DNA of 64,000 nt from Dehalococcoidia bacterium. Lineage in GTDB: Bacteria; Chloroflexota; Dehalococcoidia; Lucifugimonadales; G963668185. The stretch covers positions 1,139,005 through 1,203,004 of the forward strand of contig OZ253485.1 in NCBI GenBank assembly GCA_965261935.1, in the 5' to 3' direction. The notes beneath the pieces were generated by a model. The model ran no database searches. It was not told the origin of the DNA and was given only the letters and a program-made list of their open reading frames with translations. Below, piece by piece: positions 32,177-40,948 of this stretch (positions are counted from its first letter, which is position 1; each line of letters starts with the position of its first letter). Position numbers and translations under genes: made by a program.

Positions 32177-33511
32177 ATGTTCGAATCGCTCACAGAAAAG
32201 CTCACCGGAATTTTCAATAGGCTCGGAGAAAAGGGGATACTCTCCGAGAAGGACGTCGAGTCAGCCTTAAGAGAAGTGCGCCTCGCTCTGCTGGAAGCGG
32301 ACGTTAACTTTAAGGTCGTCAGGTCACTTGTTAGCCGGATCAAGGATCGAGCCCTAAACGAGGATGTGCTCAAGAGCCTTAGCCCCGGTCAGCAGGTCGT
32401 CAAGATCGCCAACGAAGAGCTGACTGAAGTATTGGGCGGAGCCGTCCGACAATTGGAGCCGGCACCGCAAGCTCCCTCCGTGATACTGATGACCGGGCTT
32501 AACGGCTCCGGCAAGACGACAACTTCGGCCAAGATCGCTGCCCATCTCAAACAGAACGGACAGTCCTCAACTCTCGTAGCGGCCGATCTACAGAGACCGG
32601 CTGCCATACTGCAACTAGAAACTTTGGGAAGCCAGATCGGCGTGCCCGTGTACTCCGAAAGCCCTTCCACCTCCTCACCCGAGGCCGTTGCTGCGGCCGG
32701 CGTCAGTCATGGAGCGGAGACCGACGCGTCCTGGGTGATCGTGGACACAGCCGGCCGATTCCAGCTGGACGACGAACTGATGTCGGAGCTCCAGCGCGTC
32801 AAGGATGCCGCGTCCCCGGCAGAGACCTTGCTAGTGGTCGATGCCATGACCGGTCAGGATGCCGTTCGCGTCGCCGAGGAGTTCCACCGACGCGTAGGTC
32901 TCACAGGGCTCGTTCTTACGAAGATGGACGGCGACGCGAGAGGAGGAGCCGCCCTATCGATAACTTCCGTAACCGGCGTCCCAATCAAGTTTATTGGCAC
33001 CGGTGAACGGACCGACGCCCTTGAACAGTTCAACCCGGACCGTCTCGCCTCACGAATCCTCGGAATGGGCGACGTGTTAACGCTCATCGAGAAGGCCCAG
33101 ACCACGTTCGATATGGAGGAAGCGGCCGACACCGTAAAGCGCATCCGGAAGGCTGACTTCAACCTGGAGGACTTCCTGAAGCAACTGCAACAACTGAAGC
33201 AGATGGGACCGCTCAGTAACCTTCTGGACATGGTCCCCGGAATGTCCGGCCTAAAGGGGAAGCTCGGGGCGAACGAGATCGACGACGATAACTTCAGGAA
33301 GATGGAGGCAATCATACAGTCCATGACGCCTGAAGAGCGGTGGCGGCCTGCGATCATTGGGGGCAGCCGCCGGCGGCGAATTGCTAAAGGCAGCGGCACG
33401 TCTGCGCAAGATGTAAACCAACTGCTGAACCAGTTCCGCGAGGCTCAGAAGATGATGAGGGCCATAACCACAGGCAAAGGGCCGAGGAACTTGATGCGAA
33501 TGTTCAGCTAG
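32177..33511 (+). CDS. ffh: Signal recognition particle protein Ffh
   Basis: GLNGSGKTTT P-loop, DTAGR, and a Met-rich M domain with the GSGxxxxDVNQLL tail. Confidence 0.95.
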   Translation: MFESLTEKLTGIFNRLGEKGILSEKDVESALREVRLALLEADVNFKVVRSLVSRIKDRALNEDVLKSLSPGQQVVKIANEELTEVLGGAVRQLEPAPQAPSVILMTGLNGSGKTTTSAKIAAHLKQNGQSSTLVAADLQRPAAILQLETLGSQIGVPVYSESPSTSSPEAVAAAGVSHGAETDASWVIVDTAGRFQLDDELMSELQRVKDAASPAETLLVVDAMTGQDAVRVAEEFHRRVGLTGLVLTKMDGDARGGAALSITSVTGVPIKFIGTGERTDALEQFNPDRLASRILGMGDVLTLIEKAQTTFDMEEAADTVKRIRKADFNLEDFLKQLQQLKQMGPLSNLLDMVPGMSGLKGKLGANEIDDDNFRKMEAIIQSMTPEERWRPAIIGGSRRRRIAKGSGTSAQDVNQLLNQFREAQKMMRAITTGKGPRNLMRMFS

Positions 33512-33519
33512 GACTGCCC

Positions 33520-34461
33520 CTACCCGCTTTTGCGCGCCAGGACTCGCTTAACTGCGGCAACAACATCTCGCTTTGCCAAGCGGTACTTGTCCAGCAACTC
33601 TTGCGGCTGCCCCGACTCCGTGTATTCCCTCAGCCCGACCATCTCCAAGGGAGTGGGATGTCCGGCGCCAAGGGACTGAGCTACGAGGCTACCGAGGCCG
33701 CCGGCCAGATAGTGCTCCTCGGCGGTAACCACGGCTCCCGTCTCGCGAGCCGCCTTCAGCAGCGAGGACTCGTCCAGCGGCTTAATGGTGTGCATGTTGA
33801 TGACGCGACAATCTACGCCTTCGCCCGACAAGTCTGAGGCTGCATCGAGAGCGGTCTTGACCATGATTCCGCAGGCGACGATGGCAACGTCGTTACCCTC
33901 GCGCACAGTCTCAGCCTCTCCGAAGGTATATGTGTATCCGTCATCATGGATTAAGGGAGTAGCGGGCCGGGACAGGCGTATGTAGTACGGACCTGGGTCA
34001 TTGACCGCGTGCTTTACTGCTTCCACGGCCTCGACGGCATCAGAGGGCACGACTATCTTGAACGCCGAGAGAGCAGACATGATTGCTATGTCCTCCACAG
34101 CGTGGGCGGACACCCCGTCTTCTCCGGTTATGATTCCCGCGTGAGTGGCAATGACCTTTACGTTGAGGTTTGCCTGGGATACTCCGACTCTTAGCTGGTC
34201 ATGAGGCCTGCTGGTGGCAAAAACCGCGAAGGTGCTCACCACGGCAGTCTTCCCGGAGGCGGCCATGCCGGCTGCCGCGCTCACGATGTTCTGCTCTGCA
34301 GGGCCGAAGTCAAAGAATCTCTCCGGGAACTCCGCGCCGAATAGGTTGGTGAACGTGGACTTGTTCAGGTCTCCCCCCAAGACCACAAGATCCGGAGTTT
34401 GTCGCCCTATCTCGACCAGGGCCCGACCGACGGACTCTCTTGTTGACTTGTTGGTTTCCAT
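33520..34461 (-). CDS. Transketolase, C-terminal (pyrimidine-binding) subunit of a split enzyme
   Basis: 313 aa, collinear with the transketolase Pyr and C-terminal domains. Directly downstream of the N-terminal subunit gene. Confidence 0.85.
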   Translation of the reverse strand: METNKSTRESVGRALVEIGRQTPDLVVLGGDLNKSTFTNLFGAEFPERFFDFGPAEQNIVSAAAGMAASGKTAVVSTFAVFATSRPHDQLRVGVSQANLNVKVIATHAGIITGEDGVSAHAVEDIAIMSALSAFKIVVPSDAVEAVEAVKHAVNDPGPYYIRLSRPATPLIHDDGYTYTFGEAETVREGNDVAIVACGIMVKTALDAASDLSGEGVDCRVINMHTIKPLDESSLLKAARETGAVVTAEEHYLAGGLGSLVAQSLGAGHPTPLEMVGLREYTESGQPQELLDKYRLAKRDVVAAVKRVLARKSG

Positions 34462-34487
34462 TGGTACGTCTCAGCTTGGGTACGTGT

Positions 34488-35330
34488 TCAGGCCAACGCC
34501 GCCAGGGCGGCTTCTAGCTGTTCTGGCGTGGGGGCCTTCCCATGGAAATCAGGGTTGTTCTCCATGAAGTCCACGCCTTTCCCTTTCACTGTCTTCGCGA
34601 TTATCGCGGTTGGCCGATTCCTGGTACGGGCTGCCTCCTCCGCAGCGTCCAGTACCTCAGCAACATTGTGGCCGTCTATCTCCAGTGTATGCCAGCCGAA
34701 AGCGCGCCACTTATCGGCCAGCGGTTCCAGGTTCATTACCTGCCATGTGAACCGGTCGTTCTGGATGCCGTTGCGGTCCACTATCGCCACGATGTTGTTC
34801 AGCTTGTAGTGCGTTGCGGACATGGCAGCCTCCCAGATCTGGCCCTCGTCGCACTCGCCGTCACCCAGCAACACGAAGGTCCTCGAGGGCCTTCCTTCCA
34901 ACCGCATTACAAGCGACACACCGACGCCGAACGATAGTCCCTGGCCAAGGGAGCCGCCCGACATCTCCACGCCGGGCGTCTTCACGTGTGCGTGGCCCTG
35001 GAGCCGGCTGTCGATCTTACGGAAGGTCACAAGTTCCGATTCAGGGATGTAGCCCGACTCTGCCAGGGCCGCGTAAAGCACGGGGCACGCGTGGGCCTTG
35101 CTCAAGACAAACCTGTCGCGGTCCGGCCATTTCGGATTGGCTGCGTCGTGGCGCATCACGCTGAAGTAGAGCGCGGTCACGATCTCTACGGCGGAAAGCG
35201 ACCCGCCAGGATGCCCGCTCCCGGCCGCGGCGGTCATGTTCAGGATATGTCGCCGGATACTGCGAGCGGTAGAAGTCAGATCGTCGATGGATGCAGGCTG
35301 AAGTTGGCTGTCGGTTTCCGGTGCGGACAC
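34488..35330 (-). CDS. Transketolase, N-terminal (TPP-binding) subunit of a split enzyme
   Basis: GSGHPGGSLS and GDGECDEGQIWEA motifs. The ORF extends to 35390, but GTG 35330 has a GGGGGA RBS, gives a typical ~280 aa product, and lies downstream of the predicted promoter. Confidence 0.8.
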   Translation of the reverse strand: MSAPETDSQLQPASIDDLTSTARSIRRHILNMTAAAGSGHPGGSLSAVEIVTALYFSVMRHDAANPKWPDRDRFVLSKAHACPVLYAALAESGYIPESELVTFRKIDSRLQGHAHVKTPGVEMSGGSLGQGLSFGVGVSLVMRLEGRPSRTFVLLGDGECDEGQIWEAAMSATHYKLNNIVAIVDRNGIQNDRFTWQVMNLEPLADKWRAFGWHTLEIDGHNVAEVLDAAEEAARTRNRPTAIIAKTVKGKGVDFMENNPDFHGKAPTPEQLEAALAALA

Positions 35331-35404
35331 TTTCGGGAGTCCCCCAATCGCTTTCAAAGGCCAATCAGCGGTGAGCCAAGGCCGCCCCACCTGGAAGCCG
35401 ACCC

Positions 35405-35413
35405 ATTATATCA
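35405..35413 (-). promoter_or_regulatory. Extended -10 promoter element (TGaTATAAT) upstream of the split transketolase genes
   Basis: The minus strand reads TGATATAAT over 35413-35405. No good -35 hexamer. Confidence 0.4.
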
Positions 35414-35940
35414 GCACATTCCACGCGGTGACTCGAATGCGCCCGGCAGGGGCAAGGTAGCGTAGATTGGGCGAAAGGGGATGGCGGCTGCATATCGCTC
35501 TTCGGATGTGAAGCTCTGCGGTCCTGCGGAGGCGGTCTGAACGGAAGAAGGGTCGCAAATCTGTCACATTCCGTAACATTTCGTCATTCTCCGTAGCTGG
35601 GAGCGTTGGAGTTTGTTACAGAATTTGGAGAGAATTGACACCTGAACGTTCCGAAAACGAACCAAACCGGTACAAAACCGTGACAGTTTCGATACAGCTG
35701 AGAAGCTTCTTCAGGCAGGAAACCGCGACGAGAGACATAGGCTGCCGGGGCACCGTCGAGGTGTTGAGCACTGTTCATAGGTAGATAATAGCACACTAGT
35801 TCGCAGAAGGCAATGGGCCGCATGGCCGGTCGCGGGGCAGAGGCAGGACCTCTCGATTTTCCCGAAGTATCGTCAAGTCCGTTCGTGGTGAGCCGTTCGG
35901 CAAGCTCAGGAGAGGCTCGGGGCGAACGGAAAACGAAAAG

Positions 35941-35964
35941 ACCCTGGGGCCATACAGGGGTTTT
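35941..35964 (-). terminator. Weak intrinsic-terminator candidate after the HExxH lipoprotein gene
   Basis: The minus strand reads CCCTG-tatggccc-CAGGG followed by TCTTTTCGTTTTCC. The stem is only 5 bp. Confidence 0.3.
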
Positions 35965-35995
35965 CGATGGAGTTCTGTGATTACCCTCTAAAGCA

Positions 35996-37456
35996 TTATG
36001 GGGCGTCGGCCGTCTCCGCGAGCACGCCGGTCAAGGTGTCTGAAACGGCCTCATCGGGAGCAAAGGTCAGGGCCACGTTCATGTCAACGCGAGCGACAGT
36101 AATCGTCTGCGAGCCTGTAATCGTCCGAAAACTATCGCCCGACTCGTCCAGCGGCTCCCAGTCCTGACCTGCCTTCTGCGTGACGTAACTGATGAATGCC
36201 TCAAAGAATTCATCAGCGTCCACCTGCGTATCCCAGGCGGTCGACGCGACAAGAGCTAGAGACCCATCCGGACCCTCGTAGAGAGAGTATGTGTCGCCTC
36301 CCCAACCGGCAGAAGCCGCGGCGGCCTGTTGCGGCGAGAGGCCTGTTTCCAGGTATGTACGCAGCATGAACTGGCCCAACGTGTCGCTGCGCAGTTCCTC
36401 CCAGCTCTCGCCTAGTTCCTCAGCGAGGGCAGGCAAAGACACTCCCACTGGCATATCACGAGCCAAGTAACGATCGACGTGAAGAATGTGCTCTGTTGAC
36501 TTCGGCGGATCGGCAAAGGCGTCGTTTACAGACTCCCATCCTCCGACGCCGAGCAGATCACGGACAAATGCGAAGCCCTCCAGGTATGGGAAGACGAACG
36601 ATCTCCTCACAACGTAAGGGGCGTTGCGGAGCCCGTCTCCCGTAGACGCCTGACCCTCTTCCTGAGCCTGCCGCTGCTCCTCCTCGTTGAGGTGCTCGAT
36701 CATATAGATGGCCTCAACGATGCTCGCGTCGCCCTCGACCAAAGCGGTGAAGGCAGAGTAGGCGTCGCTATTTCCTTCAAGCTCCAGGCGGGTGGTGTGG
36801 ATATCGTAGTTCTGCTGCTGCAGGGCATGCGTGGTCTCGTGCGCGTGAGTTACCAAATTGATCGGCGAGAATTCCGGGCTGTCCGTGATTACGAAGAGCC
36901 TTTCCTTCTCCAAGTGGTAGTAGCCGGCAACGTTCTCGGAGAGAAGGTCTATCCAAATTTCGAACAGAGCGTCTTCCGGCCCAATCAGCCTGAGCGCCTG
37001 AAAGAGCTTCTGGTCAATCAAAATCTCATCGCGGTCCTCTTCCAGCAAGTCCAACAGGTTCGAACGGAGTTGATCGCGAGTAATGAATTCCCGCTCAATG
37101 GGACGCTTGGGAATCAGTCTCCTAATCTCGATTGCACGCTCCTGAGCGAGATCAAGCCGGCCTTCCTGGGGATGTTGCGCCGTCCTGAACGGCGTAGGAG
37201 AAGGCACAGGCACCGCGGGGACTATAACGTTGGACAGGTCGAAAGACTCGACAGTCTGCGAGGACGTCGGCTCCGCCATTGCTGAGACTATAGGAGTTGT
37301 AGTCGCCTTTACCTCAGTCACCGACTCTGCAGTAACGAGGGGCGTAGGCGTTAAGGCGACAGGCGCAGGTGTCGCAGGGATGACCTCGCCTGAGCCACTG
37401 CACGCGACAACCCACAGCACCAGCGCGACGAGAATTGTCAGGAGTCTCATATGCAT
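35996..37456 (-). CDS. Secreted lipoprotein with an HExxH zinc-metallopeptidase motif, family unassigned
   Basis: Lipobox VVACSG, a Thr/Pro/Val-rich linker, and HAHETTHALQ in the middle of a 486-aa protein. Confidence 0.6.
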   Translation of the reverse strand: MHMRLLTILVALVLWVVACSGSGEVIPATPAPVALTPTPLVTAESVTEVKATTTPIVSAMAEPTSSQTVESFDLSNVIVPAVPVPSPTPFRTAQHPQEGRLDLAQERAIEIRRLIPKRPIEREFITRDQLRSNLLDLLEEDRDEILIDQKLFQALRLIGPEDALFEIWIDLLSENVAGYYHLEKERLFVITDSPEFSPINLVTHAHETTHALQQQNYDIHTTRLELEGNSDAYSAFTALVEGDASIVEAIYMIEHLNEEEQRQAQEEGQASTGDGLRNAPYVVRRSFVFPYLEGFAFVRDLLGVGGWESVNDAFADPPKSTEHILHVDRYLARDMPVGVSLPALAEELGESWEELRSDTLGQFMLRTYLETGLSPQQAAAASAGWGGDTYSLYEGPDGSLALVASTAWDTQVDADEFFEAFISYVTQKAGQDWEPLDESGDSFRTITGSQTITVARVDMNVALTFAPDEAVSDTLTGVLAETADAP

Positions 37457-37649
37457 GCTATCGGTCGTGCATTTTCAATCACGCAAAGCGTCCTCATTCA
37501 ACTCAATCCATGGTGGCGGGGGAGGAAAATGTGTTCAGCCCTCGTTATGGTATCAAGGCGAGATCATCGGAGCGCGTCACGATGGAAGATGAGGCTTCGT
37601 GGCGCAATGACCCAACGCAACGCTGGTACAATAAATCAACCGGCCGTGA

Positions 37650-37724
37650 GCGGGAGTAGCTCAGTGGTAGAGCCCCTGCCTTCCAAGCAGGCTGTCGCCG
37701 GTTCAAATCCGGTCTCCCGCTCCA
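37650..37724 (+). tRNA. tRNA-Gly, anticodon UCC, with encoded CCA
   Basis: Cloverleaf folded by hand: acceptor GCGGGAG/CTCCCGC, D arm GCTC-AGTGGTA-GAGC, anticodon arm CCTGC-CTTCCAA-GCAGG, T arm GCCGG-TTCAAAT-CCGGT, then T-CCA. Confidence 0.9.
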
Positions 37725-37733
37725 CCATTTGAA

Positions 37734-38549
37734 TCAACCCGTTGCCGGCTCGCTGGAAGCGTGTGACTTTAGCCAGCCTCCAAGCGCGACGAAGAACTCC
37801 TCCCGAACTGTCGTTTCCCGCCATGGCTCGTGCCCGCACTTGAGCAACTCCCTGTACTCCATTTCTGGTACGTAATCCCTGAGGTTAGCGAAAATCATCC
37901 GGTCTGGATGAGGATCATAGTCGCCATGCAGCATGACCACCGGCGATCGGATTGCAGAGAAGGCGGCAGGATACACGCCTTCTGCCTGGAGGCGAATCAT
38001 GTCGCTCCACGTTTCGTCGTGCGCCCTGGCATCGAACGTGCCATGCTCTTCTTTCGGGACCAAGGGATCGTAAGCGTACAACCGGGAATACAGCGAGCCC
38101 ATCCGCTTGACGCGCTCAGCCGGGTCCTCTACGTCCATTTCAACGTGTTGCAACCGCTTGCGAAGATCGCCGTCCATGCGAGCTTCACAGGTAGCCCGGA
38201 ATACACCCCTGGAAGCAGTATCGAACGTGCCACATCCGATCAGCGCGACTTGGCCCGGCGAGGGCCGGATGCGAGGCAGCGAAGGCGAGAGCAAGCATCA
38301 CCCCCAAGAGTCTCCGACGAGTGCGGGGCAGCCGCTCGGCATCGCCTCGATAACATCGCGCAGGTCTTCTATGTGGCGGCCCACCGTCAACGGCCGTTCT
38401 CCGCTGCCACGCTGGATTGGCTCGAAAACTCGGAATGAATCCGCGAGCCCTCTGGCTACCGGGGCTATGGTACCCCTCGCCCCTGGTCCGCCGTGGATGA
38501 CAACGACCTCAGGGCCGTGCGTGCCGTATGTCCGCACCTCGATTGTCAT
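37734..38549 (-). pseudogene. Alpha/beta-fold hydrolase (proline-iminopeptidase-like) interrupted by an in-frame TGA directly after the GDSWG nucleophile elbow
   Basis: ORFs 38298..38549 and 37734..38294 are in the same frame, separated by TGA (38298-38300). The -1 frame reads VMLALAFAASHPALAG across the break. Confidence 0.6.
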
Positions 38550-38640
38550 GCCTGCGCTTCGCCTATGCCGGGCGGAGCTTTGAGGTCAAGCACAGACTGC
38601 GCCTTCTCCACGGAGACTCTCTCGTAATCGTATTGCGTCG

Positions 38641-38715
38641 GTTGGGCAACCCCATCCCAGCCCTTCGGCTTCGTTCAGGACAGGCCCTTCCCCAGCAGAC
38701 TGGGGAAGGGGTCAA
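38641..38715. repeat. Solo copy of the left-edge array unit core, carrying a 23-nt insertion
   Basis: AACCCCATCCCAGCC-[cttcggcttcgttcaggacaggc]-CTTCCCCAGCAGACTGGGGAAGGGGTCA. The hairpin spans 38686-38709. Confidence 0.8.
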
Positions 38716-39027
38716 AGGCACGAATCGACTGGGCCTTGGCGATCGTTATGCAATGGTGCCGCAGGAAGTGGGGCGGATGACGCGGCTGATTGCAAGGTTT
38801 GGGAGCGGCTGATTGAAAATGAACCACTGCCCTCTGCCAAGCAAATGGAGCCTGAGAGCAGCGCGGCTTGAATGGCGACGTGCTCAATGCTTAGGAGATG
38901 TGGGTAGGTAATCGGGCGCGCCAAGTAGAGATAGTAGGGGCAGTACTATGTGCCCTGCCTTTCCCCAAGATACAAAGGAGAGCTTTGCATCACCAATTCT
39001 GCACCCCCTCTGCACACCACGAGCTTC

Positions 39028-39066
39028 ACCCTCACCTCAATCCTCTCCCATCAAGGGAGGGGAGGG
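39028..39066. repeat. Second type of REP-like palindromic element
   Basis: CACCCTCACCTCAATCCTCTCCC-atcaa-GGGAGGGGAGGG, with an 8-bp stem (39042-39062) including one G-U pair. Confidence 0.6.
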
Positions 39067-39157
39067 CTTGTTGTACCGCCCCATAGCTTCATCCATCAGT
39101 TGATGTTGCGAAGCCTAGCTGTCAACCACTGACAGGTGCGAAGGAGTGAGGTCACAG

Positions 39158-40798
39158 CTAATCGAAAGTGGACCTTCGGCCTTCCAGGTTTGTGTGAACG
39201 TCAATAAGTGCCGTTCTCCCTTCCGCGTTCAGTCTCTGGGCCTGCTCAATGGCGGACGCCAGCTCCGAGGGCTGCGTGACCGTTATGCCGACTGCGCCGA
39301 GACCTTCCGCGATCTTCGCGTAGTCGCCAGTCATGCGAGTGGTACCAAAGAGCTCATTGGCAGTCGGATAGCCACCCGGGTAGGTGGCCATGCCGCCATT
39401 GTTGAGTACGACGGTGGTAATGGGCGCGCCCCCTCTCACAGAGGTCTCAATGTCAAGGCCGGACATCCCGAAGGCGCCATCGCCCATGAAGTTCAGACAG
39501 AACCGCTCCGGCTTTGCCAGTTTCGCTCCGATCATCAACGGAATACCGTAGCCGAGGTGTGTTGTCTTGCCCCATCCGATATAGCTGTGGGGCACAGTTG
39601 CCGTGTAGAAGGGCATGATCGTGTCTCTTGGCGCGCCGGCGTCGTGCGTGACCACGCTTGAGTCATGGTCAAGGTTCCGCTCGAGCTCACCGATAACGCG
39701 GTACGTGTTTATCGGCACTTCGTCCGAATTGAGCAGAGGTGACCATTGCGCCAGCCATTCCTGTTTGAGGGAAGCGATCTCGGCGGCCACTCCGGACTGT
39801 CCCCTCCGGCCGTTTTCTCCGAGCCTAGATTTCACCTCAGCGAGCATTGCTCGCAACGTGACAGCCGCGTCGCCCGGCAGACCGACGTCCACAGTGAAGT
39901 CCTTGTTGATATCTTCGATGCTGTCTACGTTGTGGATGATGACCTTGCCGTCGGGAATGGGCTGACCGTAACCTGTGCGAGTCATGCTCGACCCGACGGC
40001 GAAGAGGACATCCGACTCCTGAAGCCAGCGTCTCGCGGGCAGGGAGGTGGCGCCGCTCCCCGAGCCCAGCGCGAGGGGATGCCGCTCGTTAAAGGACGAC
40101 TTGCCAGGCATGGTGCAATAGACGGGAATCGCAGTGAGTTCTGCCAACTCCTCGAGTTCTTGGGTTGCACCTGATAGCAGGACGCCCATGCCGGACCAAA
40201 TGACGGGCTTACGCGCGTTCAGAAGCAAGTCTACCGCCGCGCTCACATCGTCATGTGATGGGCATTGGATCGCGCGCTTGGGGGGCTGGTAGTCAAGGGC
40301 GTGCTCGGGGACCTCCTGACTTCCAACACCTGCCGGGATCTCGATAACGACAGGGCCCGGCCGACCGTTTCTCAGGGCGTGAAACGCCCGGCGCATCGTG
40401 GCGGAGACCTGAGCGGGCTCGTTGATCACTTCGGCATGTCTCGAAACAGTCTGGTAGGTCCGAGCGGGTGAGAAGTTGGGCCTGACGGCATACTGGTCCA
40501 GCGAGGGGCCCCCTGCCAAGTACAGGATCGGGATGTTGTCGCCGAAAGCCTGGGCGATCCCGCCCATAGAGTTTTCAGCACCGGGCCCTCCCTGGGTAAT
40601 GACGACGCCGAACTTCTTTCTCTCGTTCAGCCTGCTGTAGCCGTCGGCCGCCATAACGGCGCCGCGCTCCTGCCTGAACATAAGGGTGCGTATACCCTCT
40701 TTCGCAGCCGACTCGATCAACTCATTAGATGGAAAGCACGAAACCCACTCCACCTGTTCCGTTTTCAGAATGCGGGCAACCGCGGCGTTTACGTCCAT
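39158..40798 (-). CDS. Thiamine-pyrophosphate-dependent enzyme of the acetolactate synthase / sulfoacetaldehyde acetyltransferase superfamily
   Basis: ORF 39158..41071. Start placed at ATG 40798 (MDVNAAVARIL...). Motifs GGPGAENS and the TPP motif GDGAF...NNGG. Confidence 0.75.
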   Translation of the reverse strand: MDVNAAVARILKTEQVEWVSCFPSNELIESAAKEGIRTLMFRQERGAVMAADGYSRLNERKKFGVVITQGGPGAENSMGGIAQAFGDNIPILYLAGGPSLDQYAVRPNFSPARTYQTVSRHAEVINEPAQVSATMRRAFHALRNGRPGPVVIEIPAGVGSQEVPEHALDYQPPKRAIQCPSHDDVSAAVDLLLNARKPVIWSGMGVLLSGATQELEELAELTAIPVYCTMPGKSSFNERHPLALGSGSGATSLPARRWLQESDVLFAVGSSMTRTGYGQPIPDGKVIIHNVDSIEDINKDFTVDVGLPGDAAVTLRAMLAEVKSRLGENGRRGQSGVAAEIASLKQEWLAQWSPLLNSDEVPINTYRVIGELERNLDHDSSVVTHDAGAPRDTIMPFYTATVPHSYIGWGKTTHLGYGIPLMIGAKLAKPERFCLNFMGDGAFGMSGLDIETSVRGGAPITTVVLNNGGMATYPGGYPTANELFGTTRMTGDYAKIAEGLGAVGITVTQPSELASAIEQAQRLNAEGRTALIDVHTNLEGRRSTFD

Positions 40799-40948
40799 GT
40801 CTGATCGCTCCGATGAAGTATTGACGCCCTCGGTTCGGGCGTGCTCGCTATTATATGCATACATCCTTACAGGTTCCGCAGCGATTCCGATTGGTATAAT
40901 CGAACCACGGAGCTCCCAGCGCTCCATTCTCTCCGCCGAAAGCTTCGA

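Noticed and set aside
35391-35995. SRP (4.5S) RNA or another known ncRNA in the long spacer about 2 kb from ffh
   Set aside because: I could not find the conserved SRP domain IV sequence (GGAAGCAGCC-like context with the symmetric loop). The nearest string, GAACGGAAGAAGGG, does not fit.
38298-38300. In-frame TGA in the hydrolase as recoding (selenocysteine, or TGA read as Gly in an alternative code)
   Set aside because: TGA clearly terminates confident genes here (actB1 at 5965-5967, proB, trpB). No SECIS-like hairpin is evident. A one-base frame shift restores a canonical sequence, which points to an indel instead.
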